Below, one piece after another: positions 1 to 13,480 of a DNA stretch of 64,000 nt. The notes beneath the pieces were generated by a model. It was not told where the DNA came from. It ran no database searches and was given only the letters and a program-made list of their open reading frames with translations. Within the stretch, counting starts at the first letter, position 1; every line of letters starts with the position of its first letter. The stretch is taken from the NCBI GenBank assembly GCA_951406725.2, contig OX597814.1, positions 109,306,001 through 109,370,000 of the forward strand, in the 5' to 3' direction. The translations under genes and the position numbers were made by a program. The DNA comes from Octopus vulgaris. Taxonomy: Eukaryota.

Positions 1-473
1 ATTCCAGGAAGTCCCCTCCTTGGATTTTTCCAATAAGTCCTTCATCCATGGAATTTTTCAAGAAGTTCTGATCCCCCTTCATTGACTTTTCCAGAAAACC
101 CCTCTCCTCAGATGTTTCTGTTCTCATCCTCTTCCTCAGAGGCAGAATGAATGAGTGTGCAGATGAATGCTGAATGTGCCAGAAACTGAGGCAGTGAGCA
201 TGCAAAGGTGTATACATGAGTGCGAGAGAAAGTCCTGCAGCTGTGGGAATAAGCTGAGGCAAGTGGATGTGTGCATTCTTTATCCATGATATCAGCAAAA
301 GTTGTCTTGCAGGATTGCATTTTGTGGGAAAATGCCTTGAAAAAAAATAGGAAGTGAATTGTGTCAGGTGTTGTTGTTGTGAGCATTTGCTAACCTTAGC
401 CAGAATAATGACAGTGTGGCATGCTGGCGCATTGCAATGGACAGACAATTTTCTCTATTAACTTTGTGACCAA

Positions 474-868
474 CCAGGCATGGCTGTGTGGTAAGTAGCA
501 TGCATGCTTACCAACTACATGGTCCTGGGTTTAGTCTCACTGTGTGGCACCTTGGGCAAATGTCTTCTACTATAGCATTAGGCCGACCGAAGCCTTATGA
601 GTGGATTTGGTAGGCAGAAACTGAAAGAAGCTCGTCGTATATATATACATATATGTATATGTTTGTGTGTTTATGTTTGTCCCCCAACATCGCTTGACAA
701 CCGATGCTGGTGTGTTTATTGCCCCATAACTTAGCAGTTTAGCAAAAGAGACTGATAGAATAAGTACTAGGCATACAAAGAATAAATCCTGGTGTCGATT
801 TGTTCAACTAAAGGCAGTGCTCCAACATGGCCACAGTCAAATGACTGAAACAAATAAAAGAATAAAGA
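474..868 (+). mobile_element. tRNA-derived SINE family A
   Basis: Head tggctgtgtggtaag...ggttcagtcccac, core ccttgggcaagtgtc, central (TA/TG)n, tail gcatggccgcagtcaaatgactgaaacaagtaaaaga. Confidence 0.85.
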
Positions 869-3179
869 AAAACCTGGGGTCAAACAGGAACAAGTTGTTT
901 CAGGCAAGAGCGCAAAGAGCCTGAGTCAACATCCGACATACACAGAGTCGGGAAAAAGAGCTGAGTGGGCACAGACATGATGTGAACAGTTCTAAAGGCA
1001 TAACATTATGGTGCATGTGTAGAACTGGGTATGTGCCAAGAGAGAAATTGCAGACATTCAAAAGAACTTGTAGCAGAAACCATGCAATTAAAACAGGTGA
1101 GCAATGCGTGTGCATGAAATGTGAAATGCTAATGGCCAACAAGAAAAAATATAAAAATATAGAACATTCAAAAACATATGCATATGTAGCGGCACAAGCA
1201 GTCAGTGCCATATTGGATGAGATCTCGTGGCAGCCATTGCCATTTCTGAGACTGGAGCAAGACCTCACCTGCATCCATTTGCCATGCGTGAGATCACAAT
1301 CAGGCTCGCAATTGGCAAACTGTATATAAGGGCAAAACAGAAACAGATTCATTCCTTTTCTCTCCGCTTCTACGCAGCAGCGCTTGCTGAGCACACTTCA
1401 CTGGCTGGGCCTGTCTGCATGTTGTAACTCCAGAAGCAATGTGCCCACACTAATGGAGATACAACACCACCCACACAGCTTGAGATGGTTGCTGAGAGCC
1501 ACGTACTTCACCTGTTCTGTGAAACTTGTAAATAAACCAGTTGTAAATTGCATTTGTACTTAAAGACTTCTTTCTTCGCCTGCTGGAGCCTGAACTACAC
1601 GAAGAACAAGATATAATGGGAGAAGGTGATATCCTCCCAATATCATAAACCTTGCCTTCCATTATACATATGAATCCAGTTGTTTTAGTGAAGCGAGTCA
1701 TCACAGAATTGAGTGTTACGTGTAAAAAAATGAAGGTGTGCAGCGCAAACAAAACAGAATGAAATAAGCGAAAATGACAAACTTGGCTAGAAAGTTCCCT
1801 GGTCCTGAAAAACTAAAAAGTAGCATTTGAAATGCAAAAATAGGTGCATGCAAAGAAAGTTCAAATCTATGGCTGTCGAAAAAGTTGCCTGTGTGGGCTT
1901 CCATAGAGTTATCCGATTAATTCTTGGTTGGATAACTGTTTGAAATGCTGAATTTACTTATGTCAGTGGTTTCTGTGGTGGATCTGTGCATCGGATTGCA
2001 GTGCATTCTCTGGCATGTCGAAAGTGAATTGTGGGTGTCCATTGTGTCAGCGAGTTCTTTTCCTTTGTGTTGTGTAGTGAAAGTCGTTATTCTTGTCTTC
2101 AATGTGATGAGCATAATGTGAAAGCTGTAATTCTTGAGCTCGGGTCACCAGAACGTAATGATGAAATGGAAAATTTAACCGCAGAACAAAAAATTGTCTT
2201 CATTTTCCAAATGCAATGAAGTTGGTGATGCAGAGACAGTCATGTATTAGAACATCGAGAAGCATATGCAGCAATGGCTGTTAGATGAAGGCTGTAGATC
2301 TTTTAGCTCGGGGTCACCAATTGTAGTAGGAAAGATGTAGCAAAAGATGTTGAGGTAGCAGATGAAAGAGTTATGTGGACAACATCAAAGTAAAACAATG
2401 GGAATGTATCTGATTGTGGTTTAAATAATTTATCTAAACGACACTTGCATTTACTTGTTGTATACACCAAAAAATTCACTACATGATATTACCAACTTAC
2501 TTCAAGCTGGCCAAGAAGGAATTAACAGAGTAAATACTGTGTCAATACAATGAGGTAGAACTGGACATGTTCTGTGTCTGTGTGTGCATTGATTACCCAT
2601 TGGTGTCTGTTTATGTTCTGCATCTGCTACTGTGTTGGGTCGTTCATGCTGAATAATATGGTTCTTTGTTGGCTGCTTGACTAGTGGAAGTTACTTGCTG
2701 GCTGTCTCGCCTGTGGCTATCTGTCTCTGTCATATGTCTGATTGTATTTATAATGGTCTGGACAGCTAGAAGAACAGACATACCACAAAAGTAATTTCTG
2801 TCTATGTAGGTCACCCCCTGTCTACTTGAACCTTAAATGACATGGCCAAAGAAATTTCTTTCATGCCTGTTTGGCCAGTGGTGGATCAGACAAGTGAGAA
2901 TCCTTAGATTCAGTTTCGAATCACAGCTTGGAAAAAAGAAGAGTTAGTTTTTACATCTCTTCAATGTTAGAATCAGTCGCAAAGAAATAATTGTTAGGTT
3001 TATTGTGGTACTTTGACAGATATAACATCTACATCGTTATCAGAAGTGTAGCTAGAATGTGTTTCACCTGAGGCAGCATTTGGGTTCGTCCCTCTACCTC
3101 CCAAATTTTCCCCCACTTTCCAAATTTGCTCCCACCTCCCAAGTTTTCCGTAGCTCCCTAAGTTCATGCCCCATCATGT

Positions 3180-4978
3180 AGTTTGCCACTTATTGCAGGC
3201 TTACACAGCAGTTCCAAAAATGCAGCCCACTTAAAGGACAAACTTTCCCTCAGCTATGCTACTAGAAGGACGGAACAATTTGTTCAGGTTGCCTGCTCCA
3301 TTGACAGAGACAAGTATATGCTATATCCACCATTCTTAATCAAGGATCCTATCTGAAATATGTGAACTCAATCATTCTCACTGACACATTAATGATTCCT
3401 GTGTTTGCATTACATACCTGAAGGATATCGCCGATAACAATGATGTATTTGGAGGGAAGTTTACAGTTTTGGGAGGCATTTTCAGACAATTATTACTCCT
3501 TTTGCTTATAGGAACTCAAGAAGCAATCATTGGCATTCAAAGTAAGAAATATACTTTATGATAATGCTTCAAACAAGCTAAGCAAGAACTTGAGAGCATC
3601 AAAAAGCAAAGATATTTTGTCTCCTGGTGACAACTTGGCTATGGAACTACTAGCCAATTCAATGAGCCACATGCATCAGATAATGGCATTGAAAATTTCA
3701 TTTGTTAGTGGCTCTCTGTTTAAAGATATCTTCAGTAATACATCTCATGAAGAGAGCTGAAGACATGTAATACTTTTGCCAAAGAATTCTGGTTGCTTCT
3801 CAATAAATGAAGAAGTATTTAGTGAAATCCTAGGAGATATTATTACTTATTATAATCCAGATAAAGTACGCTCTGGTGACCCCATTTAATCTGGTCATTA
3901 CTTAGTTGAATTCCTCAATTTATTAAAACCTGTGACAATTGGCTTCAACCCCACGTTTTGCCACATAGAAATTACAATTTGATCATGTGCACAAACCCAT
4001 TTGTTGTCCAATCAACAGCTGTTGTTCACATGATAGTTTGACTAGAACCTTTCATGAACACAGCCTACAAATACAGTTCAATTGAGCATCAAAACCCCAG
4101 AGTGATTCAGTTCCTGGTGGTGTTCACTCCCCACAAATAGCTGTTTGTACAGCTACAACTTGGAACGATCGAAGAAGAAAACACCGCAGCAACAAAAATG
4201 TGTAAAAAATTTGCCGAATGTTGAATTTCTAATGAAGACTTTCTTCACTTGCCATATACGTTGTTTCATCTGAATATTTCTTTAACTTGTAATGCAGGAA
4301 CACCTGCAACAATAAATTATTTTCATCATTTCCTCAAACTCTCAGGAATGCCACTCTCATAAATAACATTTAAGGGCGCGGGGAGCTTGATAATAATGCT
4401 TTTACGTGGCCTTTTGATTTAGGATGAAGTAAAGAAATAGAACAAGTCTTGTATTAGCGATTTATGAACATTCAAGCAAATAACTGGCACTCTTATTGGC
4501 TGGTGTGTTCTCATTCCCTGAGTCAAGCTCACACAAAGTGGTCCCAACTTGCTCTTTAACTTCGAAAGAACTCAGTTCCCAGTTTGTCTTATGCTACGAC
4601 AATGAATAAATCGCAATGACAAACTTTTGATACAGTTGCTGTGAACAGCTGTATGCCGTATTGTCAAGAGTTTGCAAGTAATCGAGCGTTCAAATTCAAT
4701 AGTGGATATCGACAGTCATGGGAAAAAAGGAACGAAAACCCTGACCAAGAATATTGTGTGCAGAGTGATCTTAAGATGAATGAATATTTGAATACACATC
4801 AGAGTTTGATAATTGTTTTTTCAAGTGAATATAGTTATTTTATACATTAATTCCGCATAACACAATTTATAAAAGAAAAAAAAACCCAATTTTAGTGCGA
4901 TCAATAACTTTCAAATATTTAAATCCCAGTTAAAATTATCGAGTACCTTCAAAATCCTATTTTCACAGGTCTTGCTAA
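3180..4978 (+). mobile_element. Degenerate Helitron, Pif1 helicase region and 3' end
   Basis: Frameshifted motifs FGGKFTVLGGIFRQ (~3448-3490), VEFLN (~3905), QFPV..TMNKSQ*QTFD (~4573-4630), LYAVLSRV (~4650); small hairpin plus CTAA|T terminus at 4975-4979. Confidence 0.75.
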
Positions 4979-5351
4979 TCTTATAATAAAGTCATGAGAC
5001 AAGGACTGATGAATCTACATGTCAGATATACTATTCTCGTTTAATCCTCCCCTAAAAAATTAGGATGTCAGACTGTAAAAGAAGGTAACAAGAATACTAA
5101 CCAGAAACGCATTTATCATTTAAAATATTACCAATGATATAGCTATGCATTCATTTTATTCAACCTATCTCACTAGTCAACTTTGCCTTACATTCTTCCA
5201 AGGCTACCAATCAAATTCGTGGTTTTTTGTTTATGCTAAACATCAAAACGTTTTATATTTAGTACCATTATGTCAAGGCTGTTTACAATTTCAGGTCATT
5301 TGTTTAGAGGAGAACTTCTCTCCCTGTTCACCGGAAAGCATGTGATGAAGA

Positions 5352-5560
5352 ATGACAGCTGTTGTGAAGCAATACAATAATGTCTTCTTTAGTTCTTCAG
5401 AAAAGGAAACTGTAGAGATTGTGGAACCTCATTTCATTAATAAGGATTGCAAAGATGTTATCGATCAGGCCAAAGTCCACTTGATGTTGCGGGAGTTTTC
5501 TGAATGCCTCACGACGTGTCTTGAAGGGCTTGATAAATGCAAACGGCTTTCCCATGACGG
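5352..5560 (+). CDS. PEX26: PEX26 (peroxisome assembly protein 26) coding exon 1
   Basis: ATG at 5352; MTAVVKQ...DQAKVHLMLREFSECLTTCLEGL resembles the PEX26 N-terminal helix; GT donor at 5561 (phase 2). An upstream acceptor tttcag ending at 5294 suggests a further 5'-UTR exon. Confidence 0.85.
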
Positions 5561-5647
5561 GTGCGTAAACATCCACTATTTATTTATTTGGAATGGTTTC
5601 TCTGATTTATTTTATATTCAGAGTCACAATTAGGGGGAGAAAAAAAA

Positions 5648-5842
5648 GGTTACTACTTGAGAACAGTGGTCCCGGTGCGCGCATCCGAGCTAGCTAGCCA
5701 TGACTAGTCGATCCTTTGTGTTTTATTTACTTTGTTTAACGAAAATTATTTAGTTTGTGTTTTATTTACTTTGCTAGGTAGTCGTAGAATCGACTAGCTT
5801 GCGCGAGTGCGCGCACCGGGACCACTGTTCTCAAGTGGTACC
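5648..5842. mobile_element. MITE with ~33 bp terminal inverted repeats
   Basis: tactacttgagaacagtggtcccggtgcgcgca (5651-5683) is inverted at 5808-5840; A-runs on both sides; internal 20 bp direct repeat tttgtgttttatttactttg. Confidence 0.85.
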
Positions 5843-6779
5843 AAAAAAAGCTAGGAAACATTTTAAAAATACAGGCCTAAAAGTTTCTAATGTTTTGGGT
5901 GTTTATATTACAAATGCCTGAACGCAAATTTTCGCTTCCAAACTAAAATACATAAACAAGGAAATTTCTTCATGTCTCTCTCTGTTAAGAAACTTTTATT
6001 AACTTTTGTTTCTGGCGACTCGTAACTGTCTCTGTCGATAATGTTGCATCAGTTTAGAATGAAATACAACGCCCAATGAGATACTTTTAGTAATATTAGA
6101 TTTTTTACATCATAACTATACTTTTATTTAAACTTACAATGTAGCCATAACAACTTGGATATTTACTTTAAAACCTGTCAGCTTAAAGCAGGAACTGTCT
6201 CTTGAACTTATGAAATATATTGTAAATAATTAAAAATTAAAGTATTTTGAAGGCTTCGAATTATTTGGTGACTTGAAACGAGGACATATTAACTGAAAGA
6301 ATTATATCGATTTATTTGATTATTATTCCACTGTTATTGTTTAGCCCCAGGTCAGTGAGTCACCAGGCCTATGATCTAATGCGTTTTAGCCACAACTACT
6401 TCCCACACATTTTATTCAGGTGTTATATCAAAAGCAACGTTATTCAATGTGTCCTTCCTTCTTTTGTAAGACGGCAGAGTAGGGTATGGTTAAAGGGGGA
6501 TTTAACTGCTGTTTCTAGTGATTCGAAGTTATTTCGTATTTTGCGAGAAATTTTTAGCAGTTTCATTTTCATGTTCTAAATATCACTTTAAATGTAAAAT
6601 AGATCTTCATTCTTTTTATAAACCATTCTCTAACCTCATTTGTCCCACACCCCCGACAAAGCGTCCCTAATTCAAATATCCTTGTTCACAAATTTCCTTG
6701 TTCACCTGGAATTTGATGAACGAAAAGAATGGAAACGAGTTAAGGAATTTTTAGCTTGAGATTTTTGCATTCCTACATA

Positions 6780-7350
6780 TGTGCCCACCGACAGTCGTAT
6801 AAATTCCGATTATATCGGAATTTATTGTGAAAAAAAAAAGAAAAAAAATTCCGATCGTGCTGTGAAGAGTTTCGGGATATTCACGCGAGTCGGTTTTGTT
6901 TGGTCCTAACTTTCAGGAAAATGGGTAATTTCTATTTTGGTGAAATTTTTCTGTAAATATATTTCAGTGTGTTTAGATTACAATTATATCTGAATTTAAT
7001 ACGAAAAAACAAATTTGGTGGATATACACATCACGTATATATCTACAAAACGAAACTTGAAGTTTCGAGGAAAAAAGTATGATGTGTGCATGCTCACACA
7101 TGCACCAAATTCCGATATAATCGTAATTTACACACTCTGAAAAGTATTTGTAGAAAATTTCTTTAAAAAAATACCCATTTTTCTGGAAGTTACGAGGAAA
7201 CAAAACAGCCGATTCGTGTAAATTTTTCTGAAACTCCTCTTCCCACCACAAAAAAATTTACACAACAAATTCGACATAATTGGAACCCTCAAACGTATTT
7301 CTAGAACATTTCATTAAAAACATCAATTTTTGTGGAGGTGGGGGCACACA
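6780..7350. repeat. Degenerate fold-back repeat
   Basis: About 6880-7000 is an imperfect inverse of about 7105-7222; recurring aattccgat(t)atatcggaatt-type palindromes. Confidence 0.55.
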
Positions 7351-9035
7351 CGTCAGAATACCCAGATTTCATTAAGAATTCGTTCTATTATTTTTGAGAT
7401 GGTAAAATCATTAGCACGATGGACGAAATGCTTAGCACCATTTCGTCTGTCTTTATGGTCTGAATTCAAATTCCGGGGTCAATAAAATAAGTACCAGTTG
7501 AACATTAGGGTTGATGTAATCGACTTGACTCCCCCCCCCCAAATTGCTGGCCTTGTGCCCAAATTCGAAAGAATTATTATTATTCATGGTAAGGTAGAGA
7601 GCTGGCACAATTTACCTTGCGGCATTTCTTCTGATTCTTTACATTTTGAGCTCAAATTCTGCTGAGGTTGACTTTGTCTTTCATCCTTTCAGGATCGATA
7701 AATAAGGTACCATCAAGCACTGGGGTTAATATAATTGATTAGCCCCATCCCCCCCAAAATTCCATATTGCCTTGTGCCTATTATTGAGTGAGAGAGCAAT
7801 GTTTGCCATTAAGTGACACTGGGGTACAAATATCCCAAGTCCTATATACTCGTCTGATAAGGGTACAACAGGCACATGCATCACAACCATACATGTGCAA
7901 TATGGTGACCGCATATCAAGATAAACAGCACATGACCTTGCAGGTGGGGGCCCAGTTACAATTTTCTTCAGGCTGAATAGCCCATCCTGCTTAAAAGGTC
8001 CTTGAATAAGGGTTGTTTAATGATAATGAATGAAGCACCTATGTTTCCTAGGGTAAATGATTGAAACCCTAAAGAATCCATCTCAACACATGGCTATAAT
8101 GCTCCCCCACTGTTCATGATCAGAGATGCATATATCATCAACCACCAAGGGACATGCTCAGCTGGTTATGGTCAAGCAAATTTGTGCTATTGAACAGAGT
8201 ATTTTTCTGTAGCCCATCTTTTTATACCAAGACAAAACGTACATGATAATACTTCCAATCAGTTAAGATTGAAAGCCATGGGAGCCACTGCCTCACATTA
8301 TTTCAGGACATTTTATTATTATGGGTTTTTCCACGAGTAACCTTTTCGAAGTGCCTCCCCCTATTGGGAGTTTTACTTTGTTATATATTTTTGTTGTTAA
8401 CTTGCATTTTTACACGGACTTTCCAAACGGACAAAACCCTTTTGTAACTTTCGTCTTGTATTTTGTCCTTACATGTTTTTATTTGACTTTTGTTAGCCCT
8501 TGTGGCCAATAAACGAATTAGTTATTATTATTATTCAAATTCTGCTAATGTCAGCTTTGCCTTTCTTCCTTTTGGGGTCAATAAATTAAATGCTCACACT
8601 GGTGTTGATGTAATCAACTTGCCCACTCCCCTGAAATTCAGGTCTTGCTAATATGCTCTACCAAGTCTAATAATGTAATCCTAATGCAAAGCAGGTTTCA
8701 CCCTCCCCACTCTGGGTCTTCTCCTAACAAAGCCAAGCAGTCTTTGATTAAAATATGCTTCCACTTCATCAAACTGAAGTTTGTAGCAGTTTTTGCCTGT
8801 GAGCCCAGAAGTATTTTGATATCTATTTTGAAACTGTTTCGTGATGGACTTGTTCTAGAGGATACTTCAGAGGTGAAATTATGAATTATTTTTGGTGATG
8901 CTAGCATGGAAAACATGTTGTTTAAGATGGATGTGCTTATTGGGAGATTTAGCTGCAATTTCTAACAGCTGTTTGGGAATTCATTTAGTGAAATAAAAAG
9001 GAATACTTTTTGTAACTTTATAATATATATATATA

Positions 9036-9917
9036 TGTTGACATGGAGAAAGCCTTTGACAGGGTCCTCCGATCCCTTATCTGGTGGTCAATGAGGAAAC
9101 TAGGGATAGATAAATGGTTAGTGAGAGCTGTGCAAGCCATGTACAGGGATGCTGTCAATAAGGTGAGGGTTGGCAACGAGTACAGTGAAGAAGTCTGGGT
9201 TGAGGTAGGGGGTCCACCAAGGTTCAGTCCTTAGCCCCCTCCTATTTATCATAGTCCTCCAGGCAATAACAGAGGAATTCAAGAGAGGATGTCCCTGGGA
9301 GCTCCTCTATGCTGATGACCTGTCCCTCATAGCAGAATCATTACCAGAACTAGAGAAAAAATTTCAGGTGTGGAAGCAAGGTTTAGAATCAAAGGGCCTT
9401 AGGGTCAATGTCGCAAAGATCAAAGTTCTAGTAAGTAGGAAGGCAAACACATCACACATCCCTTCAGGTAGGTGGTCCTGCTCGATCTGTGAGTTCACAG
9501 CTGTGACTCACATCAGTGTTGCATAACCATCCCACTCCAAAGTTCTCTGGATTGTAGGGCAACATGCTGTGCTTGAGGAGACCTATTGAGTCAAGGACAT
9601 CAAAATCAAATCAAATCACAATCAACTGAAAATTGTAGTTGTGCTAGTGGCATGTAAAAAGCACCACCCGAACGTGGCCAATGCAAGTGCCAACCTGACT
9701 GGCTTCCATGCCGGTGGCATGTAAAAAGCACCATCCGATTGTGGTCGATGCAAGGCCCCTCTAACCCCTGTGCCGGTGGCATGTAAAAAAGCACCCACTA
9801 CACTCTCAGAGTGGCTGGTGTTAGGAAGGGCATCCAGTTGTAGAAACATTGCCAGATCAGACTGGAGCCTGGTGCAGCCTCATGACTTTCCAGTCGAACT
9901 GTCCAACCCATGCTAGC
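9036..9917 (+). mobile_element. RTE-clade LINE fragment (RT domain, deleted, joined to 3' UTR)
   Basis: DMEKAFDRV...HQGSVLSP...LLYADDL with a frameshift. Confidence 0.9.
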
Positions 9918-10062
9918 AATCCAGAGAAGATTCACAAAGAAGATCGTCTCTTTGCAACTAGGAAGCTATGAAGCAAAGAAAAAGGGAGACGTGTGGTGCC
10001 GTGTAAAAGCACTCTGCTCACTCTGTGCAGTGGTTGGTATTAGGAAGGGCATCCAAGCAAAA

Positions 10063-11313
10063 TTGGACAAAATAATGGAAATACCTGAAAATTTCAAACA
10101 AATTTATTTTAATATGGGGTAGGACCACCTTTGACAGTAATTACAGCTTGAATTCTACGAGGTATGGACTCGTACAAAGTCTAAATTGTTTCCAAAGGAA
10201 TTTTTGTCCATTCTTCAGCTAAAACAGTCTCCAGTTCTTGTAGTGATGATGGTGGAGGATATCAACTCCTTACTTGTTTTTCTAAATTGCACCATAAATG
10301 TTCAATAATATTGAGATCTAGGGACTGTGGTGGCCAGATAAGATTTTCAGCTTCACTAGAACGTTCCTCATGCCATTCAGTAACAACTTTAGCTGTGTGA
10401 ATTGGTGCATCATCTTCCTGAAAGATTGCATTTCTCTCCAGAAACAGTTCTGCAACCATAGGATGAATTTGATCAGATAAAATGCTTAAATAGTCTTGAC
10501 TATTAATTCTGCCATGAAGGGAAACCATTGGGCTGGCAGATTTCCAAGATATAACCCCCCCATCCCCGATCATCACAGACCCTCCTCCATGTTTAACAGT
10601 TGGAAGAAGGTAGTCTGGGCCAAATGCTTCTTTTGGCTGTCTCCACACATATACTCGGCCAATGGTCAGAAATAGGGTAAAGGATGACTCGCCTGAGAAA
10701 ATAACATTCTTCCACTGCTCTAGGGACCAATTCTGTAGGTTTTTACTCCACTCTAAATGCTTAGCAACGTTTGTTTTTGAAAGTAGTGGTTTTCTGATTG
10801 CAGCCTTCCCATGAAGTCTGGCTTTGTGCAGCTCCCAGCGAACAGTTTTTGTGGAAACTGAGTTCTCGAGGTGGTCATTAAGCTCTGCGGCAATTTTGTG
10901 ATATTTTCTAACAATTCGCGTAAGAGTCCAACAGTCCCTATGTGAAAGTTTTGGTTTTCTTCTGGAGTTTTATTCCAATGAGGTTTTTTCCTCTTTCTCA
11001 AAGCCTGTCTTTACTTTCGAGACAGTACTTCTTGATGCACCAAACATTTTGGCTGTTTTCACTACGCTAAGGCCTGCTATACAAGCACCAACAATTTGAC
11101 CTCTTTGAAAGTCCGATAGATCTATCATTTTAATGAATTTTAATTACCTTTTTCTGATGATATCTGAAAAGAAACAGCAATTTTAGCAAAACATATTAAG
11201 CAACACTAATAATAAATTAAAAAACACAAAAAAATAAACAAGCTTTCGATGGTTTTATAGATATTTCAAAATTATGATGCTATGTGTTTCCATTATTTTG
11301 TCCAACCCCTCTA
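10063..11313 (-). mobile_element. Tc1-like DNA transposon, decayed
   Basis: TIR ttggacaaaataatggaaa(c/t)ac at both ends, TA at 11312-11313; transposase from ATG at 11128 (MIDLSDFQRGQIVG), with TVKHGGGSVM, FQEDDAPIH and DLNIIEHLW motifs. Confidence 0.92.
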
Positions 11314-11536
11314 TGTTAAGCATACGAAGAACAAAGACTGCAGTGATGTCTTTAGATATCCAGGACCAACATGACATCACCAGTAAAAGTATTAGTGTTA
11401 AAATGATGTGCTTTAGGTGTTCATATTGATAACATGTACATACAGTTTGTATGTGTACATGGTCATAATATATACACACAGTTTGTGATGTATATTGAAG
11501 ATATTTAAATTTATCTTGTGTTTCCCTTTATTTCAG

Positions 11537-11671
11537 AATTTGTTATGAAAGTTTTGTAATTTTGGCAGTACAAGCATACGGTGAACAGAATAAATGGAAA
11601 GAAGTTCTTCCTTTCATTGATAAAATCTATGGAAACATCAGTCAGTGTCCTCCCACAGTGATAAAACTTTG
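11537..11671 (+). CDS. PEX26: PEX26 coding exon 2
   Basis: tttcag acceptor and GTAAGT donor; translates ICYESFVILAVQAYGEQNKWKEVLPFIDKIYGNISQCPPTVIKLC, matching vertebrate PEX26 'GIQALAEMDRWQEVL...LPPKVLELC'. Not in the ORF track. Confidence 0.9.
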
Positions 11672-12399
11672 GTAAGTCCAAAGCCGATTTAGTGATTGTT
11701 TTGTTTTGGGGTTTTTGGTTCCGTTGGCTCCTATCAAACCATCCAACTGATGCAAACAGGGAAAGTGGACATTAACCTTTTCATTACTGGATCACCTCTG
11801 ATCTCCCTCTCTGTTGTGGCAGGACACCTGCTCCTGTCTCTTCATCACACTATAACCTTTCACCCCCACTCTGACACAAGTTCCCCTCCTCAAATGCTCT
11901 GTCCCTCTCATAATTCCTTGTCTTGTGAGTTACTCGGTTACCCTGCCAGTGCTGGTGCCACGTTAAAAGCATCCATCACACACAGTAATGTGGTTGGTAT
12001 CTGGAAGGACATCCAGCTGTGAAAATCTTGCCAAAACTAACCTCGCCTGGGCTTGTGCCACATAAAAAGCACTGGGTCCACTCTGCAGAGTGGTTGGTGT
12101 TTTACATGCCATTGAGCTGACACCAACATCGGCCATGACTACAGTCATCTTGGTCACTTGTCATGGCATCGTTGAGGCCATGACAGGTGACTAAGATCAT
12201 TGGCAATATAAATATATACGTAAAAAGCACCCACTACACTCACTGAGTGGTTGGCGTTAGGAAGGGCATCCAGCCATAGAAACACTGCCAGATCAGACTG
12301 GGCCTGGTGCAGCCTTCTGGCTTCCCAGACCCCAGTTGAACCGTCCAACCCTGCTAAACGATGATGATGATATATACATATATATATATACACATACAT

Positions 12400-12815
12400 A
12401 CTAGCTGAGCATCCTATCTTACCAGGTAATTTTCACAGTAGAATTCCTTGGCAGACTTGTGGAATAACACACCCATATAAGCTGGATTTTCTCCATTTCA
12501 ATGGGGGAGTTTTTCTGTCATCATACCCTTGCAAATGATGAGGGGAAACTTTTTATGAATTCCCCACTTCCAGACCAATTTTGCCCAATTTTTCTTTTTT
12601 TTTTTGTATTTCATACTTAAAAACAATGGGAGATGCTTTTCAGTGAAAACTTTTTTAAATTTTGAAAATTTGTGAATTTTTCAACCCCACTCCTTCACTT
12701 AGTACTGATTTTTGGTCAATGCTTTTCTACGATGAACAATAGGGGATGCCTTTTCAGTAAAAATTAAAAAATTTTGAAAATTTATGAATTTTTCAACCCT
12801 GCTCCATTTACAGAC
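12400..12815 (-). mobile_element. Non-autonomous Helitron-like element
   Basis: Minus-strand hairpin plus CTAG|T end near 12401; internal ~65 bp direct repeat at 12621 and 12735. Confidence 0.55.
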
Positions 12816-13074
12816 AGAATAAATACCAGGCTTCAAAAAAATATAGAACACTTAGGATTGATTTATTTGACTAAAATACCCTAAGGCAGTACCCCAGCAT
12901 GGCCATAATCTAATTAGTGAAGCAAGTAATAAATTAAAAATTTCTAAAATCTCATTTCTTGATGGTCCTAAATGTCGGTCTCGTCTTTGCAATAATTAAT
13001 AAATTTTTAATGTATTTCATGTTTGACATTTAAATGAAATCTATTTTTATAACATTTTGTTGTTTCGCTTTTAG

Positions 13075-13367
13075 CATTGGCCTTTTGTCATGGGTTAAAG
13101 AATACGATGTGGCTCAAAAACAAGCATGTCTGTGGCTGGAGAATCCACAGAACTTGGAGAAGGAACACACAACGGTAGGGAAGCTGGTTGTTGAAGAAGT
13201 CTTATTACCACAAAAGAAATACTTGGAAATTTCGCATTTTGTTGAAAAGATGCTTAAACTGAATCCTGAAGAAAGAAAACAGATACAAAATTTTGTCTCG
13301 GAAGCAAAAAGATACGAAGATAGTAAAATGGAGAAATTTAATAATATCAAAACACCTACAAAGAAAG
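13075..13367 (+). CDS. PEX26: PEX26 coding exon 3
   Basis: ttttag acceptor and GTAAG donor; IGLLSWVKEY...WLENPQN...VEEVLLP matches PEX26 'ILLYSKMQE...WLQDPAN...VQRVLLP'; frame continuous with exon 2. Confidence 0.9.
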
Positions 13368-13480
13368 GTAAGCTCTTTAAAATTTAGTAACATCATCATC
13401 ATCATTTAAGCATTCACTTTTCCATGCTTGCATGGATCGGACAGAATTTATTGAGGCAGATTTTTGTGCAATCAGATGCT

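Noticed and set aside
100-2220. Several 60-164 aa ORFs at the left end
   Set aside because: No recognisable domain or consistent splice chain; probably decayed transposon DNA. A faint HCNAP (mariner-like) reading near 420-445 on the minus strand is too short to call.
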